Source: an uncultured virus (IMG/VR IMGVR_UViG_3300017763_003721) (taxonomy: Duplodnaviria > Heunggongvirae > Uroviricota > Caudoviricetes). From it: a stretch of 20,000 bases of DNA. This document shows positions 1 to 6,106 of the stretch, piece after piece (positions within the stretch are counted from its first letter, which is position 1; every line of letters starts with the position of its first letter). Below the pieces are notes generated by a model that saw nothing but the letters and a program-made list of their open reading frames with translations, was not told where the DNA came from and searched no databases. The position numbers and the translations under genes are program-made. The stretch is taken from the IMG/VR virus record IMGVR_UViG_3300017763_003721; one strand, given 5' to 3'.

Positions 1-1583
1 ATTGTACCAGTTAAATTTCCAGTAACTGTACCACTAAGATTTCCTGAAATAGTGTCGGTTGCTGTTATTGCGCCCTCCAATCTAATATTTGTAGGAGTCA
101 TCTTTATTTCGGTCCATTGGCTAGCCCCAACATCCTCACTGATGAAATTTAAATAGCCCCCACTTGATCTTTGACGTATAGTAATTGTATCATCGTCACC
201 AACGTTACTTTGTAAATATATACTTGTTCCGTCAATTGACAAACCTGATACTACTTGGGCAGTTCCGCCATCGTCATCTATATTACCAAGTATAACAGTG
301 TCCCCTAAACCCAATGGTGACAAACTTAAACCATTCCTCAATGTGTCTCTGGTGTTTCCTTTAATTAATCTCAATCCTGCTTTTGTATGCGAATAACTAG
401 TACCCGTCACAGGTGCCCAACTAGCTTCTAATGATTTTGAAGCAACCATAGCAGGAGAAGCTTCATAGCCTGCACTAGACGCTCCACTTGCAAAGGCTGA
501 AAGAACTAAAGCATCACGAACTGACACATCGTTATTTTGTGTGTAATCATTCTCTAATGCAGGAGCAAATCCGTGTATCTTAATACTTTCGGTTGCTGTT
601 ACTGTTCCTAAATTACCATGCAAAGTATTGCTTACACCGTCAACTAGTATCGTAGAGTCATCACCAAAAACACTACCAGTTAGATCACCATCAACGCTGT
701 CTGCTATAACACCACTTAGTGTACTAATATAAGCACCAGTTACTCTAGTGTCAATAGCACTATTAGCTCTTGTGTCTGTATAGTATAAATTTGTGCCTTC
801 TGCTAAATCACTAGTTGATTTAAGTGCAAGTCTTGTATCAAATCTATTATCTACTCTTGTGTCAGTATAAAATAAATTTGTGTTTTCTGTAATAACTGAA
901 GTGTCAATAATTTGATCAACCCACTTTGTGCCATTATGATACAACACTTTGCCAATACTAGGACTTGTCAACAGTACATCGCCCATGTCAACTAGATTTG
1001 TTGTTTGATACTCAGCTGTAGCAACGCCACCGCTGGTGTAAGCAGTAAAAGCTGTTCCGTCTAAACTAGCTGATAACACTGCGTCTGTATAAAGAGCAAA
1101 CGTATTACTAGTAAGAATATCCATAAAATATTCATTACCGTTGAGTTGCGTCATACCTACAATATCTGTAAGTGTTACAGGAGTTCCTTCAGTAAATCCG
1201 TGTGCGGTGTTAGTTGTAATAACAACTGGATTGGCAGCTGTAGCATCTGTAACTGTTTTACTATTTCCACCTACTGTAGAACTTAATACAAGTTCACTAC
1301 TACTATTTCTAGTAATAGTAATGTTTGCACCAGCTGATAATGTAATATCTTTTTGATTAGCGTTTACATCTTGCAGGCGTAGAATACTTGTTCCAATAGG
1401 AACACTAAATGAATAGTCTACGTTCAAGTCTAGCGTGTCACTGCCTTCTGCGGAAGCACTAAGACTAAGTCCTTTATTTGCGTCTGCATTGATAGTAAGT
1501 GCATCAGAAACACCATCTGCTAGTAATGTTATATTATCTGGTGTTAAAACTACGCTTCTAAACGTGTCAATATATGCTGTCAT
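1..1583 (-). CDS. Tail fibre / virion structural protein, 3'-partial (runs off window start)
   Basis: Not in ORF track; read manually. ATG is CAT at 1581-1583, preceded by an AGGTAGGA SD-like sequence, and the frame is open to the window edge (MTAYIDTFRSVVLTPDNITLLADG...). Contains ANPVVITTNTAHGFTEGTPVTLTDIVGMTQLNG (E1-FCCH-like module), two TNL(F/Y)YTDTR repeats and a GDLTGSVFGDDSTILVDG repeat shared with the other fibre genes. Confidence 0.85.
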   Translation of the reverse strand, partial: MTAYIDTFRSVVLTPDNITLLADGVSDALTINADANKGLSLSASAEGSDTLDLNVDYSFSVPIGTSILRLQDVNANQKDITLSAGANITITRNSSSELVLSSTVGGNSKTVTDATAANPVVITTNTAHGFTEGTPVTLTDIVGMTQLNGNEYFMDILTSNTFALYTDAVLSASLDGTAFTAYTSGGVATAEYQTTNLVDMGDVLLTSPSIGKVLYHNGTKWVDQIIDTSVITENTNLFYTDTRVDNRFDTRLALKSTSDLAEGTNLYYTDTRANSAIDTRVTGAYISTLSGVIADSVDGDLTGSVFGDDSTILVDGVSNTLHGNLGTVTATESIKIHGFAPALENDYTQNNDVSVRDALVLSAFASGASSAGYEASPAMVASKSLEASWAPVTGTSYSHTKAGLRLIKGNTRDTLRNGLSLSPLGLGDTVILGNIDDDGGTAQVVSGLSIDGTSIYLQSNVGDDDTITIRQRSSGGYLNFISEDVGASQWTEIKMTPTNIRLEGAITATDTISGNLSGTVTGNLTGT

Positions 1584-1604
1584 TAGTTATCCTACCTGTT
1601 ACAG

Positions 1605-1618
1605 TATTTATTTAAATA
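1605..1618. promoter_or_regulatory. Overlapping divergent T4-late-type promoters (AATAAATA on minus 1605-1612; TTTAAATA on plus 1611-1618)
   Basis: TAAATA core on each strand within the 39-bp gap between two divergent genes; resembles the T4 late -10 box TATAAATA. Confidence 0.55.
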
Positions 1619-1622
1619 CAAC

Positions 1623-2213
1623 ATGATACTAGTTGTAGGCAACGGTGAAAGTCGCAAAGATGTAAACATTAATAATATACCTATGAAAAAAATTGGGTGT
1701 AATGCTATTTATCGAGATTATTATGTGGATCACTTAGTTTGTGTTGATAAAAGAATGTGTCAAGAAGCTATTAACGCAGGATTTCAAAAGAATAGTAAAA
1801 TATACACACGTCATGACTGGGTTGGATATTTTCAAAACAAAAGGAACTTAAGAACTGTTCCAGAACTGCCTTTTACAGGTTACGAAAGATGGGACGTACC
1901 TTGGCATTGGGGAGCAGGACCATATGCAGTGTTATTAGCTACAAAACATAGTGACGAAATACACTTGTTAGGATTTGATTTATATAGTAAAGACCAGTTT
2001 ACTAATAACATATACAAAGACACAGATAACTATAATGTAGCAACAAAACGAGCAGTTGATCCTAGTTACTGGATACACCAAATAGGTCGAATATTTAAAC
2101 ACTTTTCAAATAAAGAGTTTATTATTCATCAAGATGAAGATTGGGTAATACCAAAAGAATGGAAAAATAGTAATGTAACGGTTGACAAATTAGCAAATCT
2201 ACGCTATAATTAA
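1623..2213 (+). CDS. MptE-like (DUF115) / GT42-sialyltransferase-like Rossmann-fold protein
   Basis: Motifs VVGNGESR, IGCNAIYRD, LVCVD, GAGPYA and IHLLGFD are typical of this superfamily. Exact activity unknown. Confidence 0.6.
   Translation: MILVVGNGESRKDVNINNIPMKKIGCNAIYRDYYVDHLVCVDKRMCQEAINAGFQKNSKIYTRHDWVGYFQNKRNLRTVPELPFTGYERWDVPWHWGAGPYAVLLATKHSDEIHLLGFDLYSKDQFTNNIYKDTDNYNVATKRAVDPSYWIHQIGRIFKHFSNKEFIIHQDEDWVIPKEWKNSNVTVDKLANLRYN
2182..2210 (+). promoter_or_regulatory. sigma70-type promoter for queD-glycosyltransferase
   Basis: TTGACA (2182-2187), 17 bp spacer, TATAAT (2205-2210): perfect consensus, embedded in the last codons of the upstream gene. Confidence 0.85.
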
Positions 2214-2237
2214 TAATACAATTAAAAGGTAATCTAT

Positions 2238-2717
2238 ATGGCATATTATTCAACTAAAACATACGGACACAACATCGGACTATCAGCGGTGTTCCGTCAA
2301 CCACATGCAGATCATTCACACTGTAGATTCTTGCATGGATATAGTTTGCAATTTAAATTTACATTTGGAGCAAGCGAATTAGATCATCGCAACTGGGCTG
2401 TTGACTTTGGCGGGCTAAAGCCTTTGAAAAAATGGTTAGAAGATACATTTGATCATCAAACAGTGATTGATGTGAACGATCCTATGAAGGACGATTTGTT
2501 ATTACTTGAAACAAAAGGACTAGCACAGATTACACAGCTTGATGGCGTAGGTGCAGAGAAGTTTGCTGAACATGCATGGGCATTTGCAGACAAACTTATA
2601 CGTGAAGGAACTGATAACCGTTGTTGGTGCGAGTCAGTTGAGTGTTCTGAACATGGTGCTAATAGTGCTATCTATACACCATACGAAGTTCAGAAGTTAA
2701 AATTTACAGATGGCTAA
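2238..2717 (+). CDS. queD: 6-carboxy-5,6,7,8-tetrahydropterin synthase / PTPS family (QueD-like)
   Basis: HSHCRFLHGYS, VDFGGLK, FDH, AEKFA and ECSEH motifs of T-fold PTPS/QueD enzymes; 159 aa. Confidence 0.85.
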   Translation: MAYYSTKTYGHNIGLSAVFRQPHADHSHCRFLHGYSLQFKFTFGASELDHRNWAVDFGGLKPLKKWLEDTFDHQTVIDVNDPMKDDLLLLETKGLAQITQLDGVGAEKFAEHAWAFADKLIREGTDNRCWCESVECSEHGANSAIYTPYEVQKLKFTDG

Positions 2718-3555
2718 AAAATATATTCCAGGCGAAACCAAAGCACAACGGAAGGCGAGGAAAAATGCTAGCAAGGGTATAACTCCAAGTGCCAACGCAC
2801 CTCAGTCCGAAGCTCGAAAGCCTGAAATATATAATGAACCAGATCCTAATAAAAAATACTATGTAGTTTGTTTAAAATGGGGAGACAAATACGGCCCTGA
2901 ATATGTAAACAAACTATATCATATGGTTCAGCGTAATTTAACTATCAATCATGAATTTATTTGCTTTACTGAACAACCAGCTAATCTAGTTCCAGGTATT
3001 CGAGTAATAGATTTAGAACTAATGCCTGGAATAGAAGGATGGTGGTACAAGCCCATGTTCTTTAATCCTAATTTAGGATTAGACGGTGTTGTATTGTTTC
3101 TCGATCTTGATATGATAATTTTTAAAAACATTAATAAACTATTTTCATACAAGCCAAACGAATTTATAATCATACAAGACTTTAATAGGCATGTTGTACG
3201 CAATTATGATAAATTTAATTCTAGTATTTTTAGACTAAACACTGGACAACATGCTCAAGTCTATCATGATTATATGGCAGATAAAAATAATATCAGTAGA
3301 AGGTTCCAAGGAGATCAAGATTGGATACGGCATTCAATAAAAGATGAATATAATTATTGGCCTGTAGATTGGATACAAAGTTATAAATGGGAAATGAGAG
3401 GAAAGCCTCAAATGACTGGAGGTCCAAGAGGTACTAGGGATTTTGTAACTAAAGGAGAACCTGCTCTCCTAGATGAAACATCTATTGCTGTCTTTCACGG
3501 AGATCCTAATCCACATTATTGTAAAGACGACTGGGTTCAAAGAAACTGGAAATAG
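2710..3555 (+). CDS. Glycosyltransferase, GT-A fold (GT8-like), with basic N-terminal extension
   Basis: VVCLKWGDKYGPEYVNKL, GWWYK, DxD motif (FLDLD), FNSS, GDQDWI and FHGDPNPH. Overlaps queD by 8 nt. Confidence 0.8.
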   Translation: MAKKYIPGETKAQRKARKNASKGITPSANAPQSEARKPEIYNEPDPNKKYYVVCLKWGDKYGPEYVNKLYHMVQRNLTINHEFICFTEQPANLVPGIRVIDLELMPGIEGWWYKPMFFNPNLGLDGVVLFLDLDMIIFKNINKLFSYKPNEFIIIQDFNRHVVRNYDKFNSSIFRLNTGQHAQVYHDYMADKNNISRRFQGDQDWIRHSIKDEYNYWPVDWIQSYKWEMRGKPQMTGGPRGTRDFVTKGEPALLDETSIAVFHGDPNPHYCKDDWVQRNWK

Positions 3556-3558
3556 TGG

Positions 3559-3587
3559 TTGACAACGATAAATAGGTGTGTTATAGT
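3559..3587 (+). promoter_or_regulatory. sigma70-type promoter (extended -10) for leader/tRNA operon, with nested late-type GATAAATA
   Basis: TTGACA 3559-3564, 17 bp spacer, TG-n-TATAGT (3582-3587). GATAAATA lies at 3567-3574 inside the spacer. Confidence 0.85.
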
Positions 3588-3612
3588 AAATACACAATAA
3601 GGAATTAGAGTA

Positions 3613-3678
3613 ATGAAGAACACAAGACAAATAATATCTAATATATGGTGCCCACCTTTTGGGAGGGGTTTGTTTTGA
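3613..3678 (+). CDS. Attenuator leader peptide, 21 aa (MKNTRQIISNIWCPPFGRGLF)
   Basis: SD TAAGGA at 3598-3603, ATG at 3613, TGA at 3676-3678. Codons 11-14 are ATA TGG TGC CCA, cognate to the four downstream tRNAs. The 3' end overlaps the antiterminator strand. Confidence 0.8.
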   Translation: MKNTRQIISNIWCPPFGRGLF

Positions 3679-3713
3679 TGTGATTTATTTACATTAAGTT
3701 TTAAACAAGCCCC
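3665..3713 (+). promoter_or_regulatory. Antiterminator helix (2:3) of attenuator
   Basis: GGGGTTTGTTT (3665-3675) pairs over 11 bp (one G-U) with AAACAAGCCCC (3703-3713), which includes the terminator 5' arm. Confidence 0.78.
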
Positions 3714-3737
3714 AAGCGAAAGCAAGGGGCTTTTTTT
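3707..3737 (+). terminator. Rho-independent terminator (attenuator 3:4 hairpin) immediately upstream of tRNA array
   Basis: AAGCCCC-AA-GC-GAAA-GC-AA-GGGGCTT followed by T-run (T7 at 3731-3737); ends 2 nt before tRNA-Trp. Confidence 0.88.
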
Positions 3738-3739
3738 AT

Positions 3740-3813
3740 GGGTGTGAAGTGTTACGGTAGCACGGCGGTCTCCAAAACCGTAAGCTGGGGTTCGACTCCC
3801 TACACGCCCGCCA
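3740..3813 (+). tRNA. trnW: tRNA-Trp (CCA)
   Basis: Acceptor GGGTGTG/CACGCCC, anticodon arm GCGGT-CT CCA AA-ACCGT (anticodon 3772-3774), TTCGA T-loop, G73 and encoded CCA. Confidence 0.93.
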
Positions 3814-3890
3814 CGGAGCATAGCACAGCTTGGTAGTGCGCCTGGTTTGGGACCAGGAGGTCGTAGGTTCGAATCCTACTGCTCCGACCA
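3814..3890 (+). tRNA. trnP: tRNA-Pro (TGG)
   Basis: Acceptor CGGAGCA/TGCTCCG, anticodon arm CCTGG-TT TGG GA-CCAGG (anticodon 3848-3850), A73 and encoded CCA. Confidence 0.96.
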
Positions 3891-3897
3891 ATTTTAC

Positions 3898-3974
3898 GGG
3901 CTCTTAGCTTAGTTGGTTAAAGCTGTCCGCTCATAACGGATCGATCGTTGGTTCGAATCCAACAGGGCCCACCA
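3898..3974 (+). tRNA. trnI: tRNA-CAT, most likely tRNA-Ile2 (lysidine-modified, reads AUA)
   Basis: Acceptor GGGCTCT/AGGGCCC with C4:G69, anticodon arm GTCCG-CT CAT AA-CGGAT (anticodon 3932-3934), A73 and CCA. Lacks initiator hallmarks (C1:A72 mismatch, three G:C pairs in the anticodon stem). Overall sequence resembles bacterial Ile2 rather than elongator Met. Confidence 0.85.
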
Positions 3975-3975
3975 G

Positions 3976-4049
3976 GAGGGTATGGCAGAATGGCTATGCA
4001 TCGGATTGCAAATCCGCTTATCTCGGTTCGACTCCGGGTACCCTCTCCA
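3976..4049 (+). tRNA. trnC: tRNA-Cys (GCA)
   Basis: Acceptor GAGGGTA/TACCCTC, anticodon arm TCGGA-TT GCA AA-TCCGC (anticodon 4008-4010), U73 discriminator typical of Cys, encoded CCA. Confidence 0.94.
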
Positions 4050-4058
4050 AGTTATTAG

Positions 4059-4087
4059 TTGACATATGAAACAATAGATAGTATAAT
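4059..4087 (+). promoter_or_regulatory. sigma70-type promoter for 2OG-Fe(II) oxygenase
   Basis: TTGACA 4059-4064, 17 bp spacer, TATAAT 4082-4087: perfect consensus. Confidence 0.85.
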
Positions 4088-4113
4088 TATATGTAAGCTA
4101 TGAGAGGATTCTG

Positions 4114-4731
4114 ATGTCAGAAGAATTAAAAATAACTGAAGTTACAGCTTTCCCTACATTGTTTTTAGGATTTGATTTAAGAGAATTGTATGACAAAGAC
4201 AAAGTAGTAGAAGGAGTAGACAAACTAATTACTCCTCATGGCTTAATAGAGAGCAAAAATGAAGGAGACGGTAGCACATGGGGCTCTTCAAGTTATTTGG
4301 AAGAACATCCTGAACTGACGAATCTTATGCAGAGATGTGTGGATGCATATGTAGAGAAGTTGAAGTTAGAACCTCTTGGAATTTGGAATAGCTGGATTAA
4401 CAAAGGAAGTCATGGTAGCAAAACAAATCCTCATCGGCATGAAGGCAGTGTAATCAGCGGTGCATTTTATCCTAAAATAGTAGGAGATAATCGAAATAGT
4501 CCACCTTTACAGCTTCATAGTCCACTAAAGCCTTATCATATGTCTACAATTTTTGTAGAACAAAACGAATATAATTCATATGTACAAGAAGTACCTGCAT
4601 GGGAAGGCATGCTATGGTTATTTCCTAGTTGGTGTGAACATAGTACAGCAATAAATTACACCGAAGCGAGATACTGTATTAGTTTTAATACCTATCCAAG
4701 AAAATTTGAATCGTTAAAAAAAGTTGACTAA
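4114..4731 (+). CDS. Putative 2OG-Fe(II) oxygenase (TIGR02466-like phage family)
   Basis: FPT near the N-terminus, SWIN, PHRH...ISGAFY, EGMLWLFPSWCEH and RYCISFN; SD GAGAGG upstream. Confidence 0.85.
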   Translation: MSEELKITEVTAFPTLFLGFDLRELYDKDKVVEGVDKLITPHGLIESKNEGDGSTWGSSSYLEEHPELTNLMQRCVDAYVEKLKLEPLGIWNSWINKGSHGSKTNPHRHEGSVISGAFYPKIVGDNRNSPPLQLHSPLKPYHMSTIFVEQNEYNSYVQEVPAWEGMLWLFPSWCEHSTAINYTEARYCISFNTYPRKFESLKKVD

Positions 4732-4752
4732 TTTGAAAAAACGTGTTATACT
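4724..4752 (+). promoter_or_regulatory. sigma70-type promoter (extended -10) for uvsE
   Basis: TTGACT 4724-4729, 17 bp spacer, TG-n-TATACT 4747-4752. Confidence 0.75.
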
Positions 4753-4794
4753 ATATAAACAATGGTAAAAGCAACTACAACATGCGGAGATTAT

Positions 4795-5871
4795 ATGAAT
4801 GCTACAAAACGCATAGGTTTTGCATGCAAGTACATGCATCCAGATCAAACACAGAAGAAGAAACTGCTAGAAGAAATTCAGCGTCCGCTAAATACTCGTA
4901 GCACTACTGTTCAATGGTTGAATAGACAAACTGTAGATGTTGCTGAAGAACGCTTGTGGGATATTATGGTCCACAATATTGCGTCATATGGAAGGCTAAT
5001 TGAATATGTGGGATCTCTTACTCCAGAACTTAGAATGGTCCGATTGGGTAGCGATGTACTTCCTGTTTATACCCAGCCTGACTGGTCTTATTTTTGGCGC
5101 AAGCCTGATGTGGTGGCGTACTGTGAAAAACACTTCGCAGAAGTTGGTAGACGAGCAAGAGAGCTCGATGTTAGACTCAGCATGCACCCAGGCCAATTTA
5201 CAGTCCTTGCTTCAGATAGTGAAGAAATAGTTGAACGTAGTATAGAGGAGTTTGAATATCATGTGGATTGTATCAGATGGATGGGCTACGGCCAACAATT
5301 CCAAGACTTTAAGTGCAACGTACACATCTCAGGTCGCCAAGGTCCAGCCGGTATCAAAGCCGCCCTCAAGCGACTCTCGCAAGAGGCGAGAAACTGCATC
5401 ACAATCGAAAATGACGAAAACAAATGGGGCATCGAACACAGCCTCGAACTTGCAGACGACCTCGCACTTGTACTTGACATACACCACCACTGGTGTCGTG
5501 AAGGAGAATACATCAGCCCAACCGACAATAGATTTGCTCGCGTAATAGATAGTTGGCGTGGTGTGCGTCCTGTAATACATTACAGCTACAGTAGAAACGA
5601 GCATTTGCCCGAAGGCTATGCACACGATACAATGCCTAGTATGAGTAGGCTACTAGAAGCAGGACACAAGAAAGCTAAACTTAGAGCTCATAGTGATTAC
5701 TATCCTAATCGTCTTGTAAATGATTATGCACTATCATTCTTAGACTATGCAGATATTATGTGCGAGAGCAAGTGTAAAAATCTTGCTAGTATCGAGCTAC
5801 ATAAATACTACACAGGAGAACAGTATGACATACTTGAACAAGATGTACGGTCGTTCAGCGCCGTCGCCTAA
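4795..5871 (+). CDS. uvsE: UV DNA damage endonuclease (UvsE/UVDE family)
   Basis: RIGFAC, RLSMHPGQF, IENDE, LVLDIHHH, IHYS, AHSDY and DIMCESKCK motifs. Start placed at ATG 4795 after GGAG; the longest ORF starts at 4762. Confidence 0.92.
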   Translation: MNATKRIGFACKYMHPDQTQKKKLLEEIQRPLNTRSTTVQWLNRQTVDVAEERLWDIMVHNIASYGRLIEYVGSLTPELRMVRLGSDVLPVYTQPDWSYFWRKPDVVAYCEKHFAEVGRRARELDVRLSMHPGQFTVLASDSEEIVERSIEEFEYHVDCIRWMGYGQQFQDFKCNVHISGRQGPAGIKAALKRLSQEARNCITIENDENKWGIEHSLELADDLALVLDIHHHWCREGEYISPTDNRFARVIDSWRGVRPVIHYSYSRNEHLPEGYAHDTMPSMSRLLEAGHKKAKLRAHSDYYPNRLVNDYALSFLDYADIMCESKCKNLASIELHKYYTGEQYDILEQDVRSFSAVA

Positions 5872-6106
5872 AGAATCAAACAAAAATCCAAACAGAGTTG
5901 CAGGCGGTATTAGAGGTCAAGGGGCTGACACTATCGCAATGTTAGGCGAAGATGGAGTTGAAAGAATTTTGCCTACACAAAAGTATGTCCAGGCGTTAGA
6001 AGAGCAAATTCGAAAGCAGCAGGCTGCTATTAATGTTCTCGAACGTAAGTTGAATAGGATTTCAACTGCTCAAGATCAGCTGGCTACTAGAATTACTTCT
6101 TCTTAG
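5825..6106 (+). CDS. Hypothetical protein with C-terminal coiled coil (93 aa)
   Basis: ATG at 5825 after AGGAG, with CATAAATA late-type box at 5800-5807 inside uvsE. Heptad pattern YVQALEEQIRKQQAAINVLERKLNRI. Overlaps the uvsE end by 47 nt. Confidence 0.75.
   Translation: MTYLNKMYGRSAPSPKESNKNPNRVAGGIRGQGADTIAMLGEDGVERILPTQKYVQALEEQIRKQQAAINVLERKLNRISTAQDQLATRITSS

Noticed and set aside
1141..1626. Plus-strand ORFs 1141-1356 and 1435-1626
   Set aside because: Antisense shadows of the long minus-strand fibre gene; no SD and no recognisable motifs.
3686..3692. GTAAATA on the minus strand within the attenuator loop (possible antisense late promoter)
   Set aside because: Short AT-rich match that is expected by chance; no other support.
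3595..3737. T-box riboswitch as the explanation for the leader
   Set aside because: No T-box consensus (UGGNACC bulge) or Stem I is visible and the leader is short. A translated leader with SD and matched codons fits better.
3537..3821. Minus-strand 94-aa ORF
   Set aside because: Antisense to the promoter, attenuator and tRNA-Trp; better explained by those plus-strand elements.
3740..4049. Stop-codon reassignment or suppressor tRNA
   Set aside because: All anticodons are sense. Long genes are open under the standard code and end in TAA or TAG.
4996..5625. Several alternative-frame and antisense ORFs inside uvsE
   Set aside because: Explained by local C-rich codon usage suppressing stops; products are low-complexity with no clear SD. 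Kept only as a caveat in the GC-patch finding.
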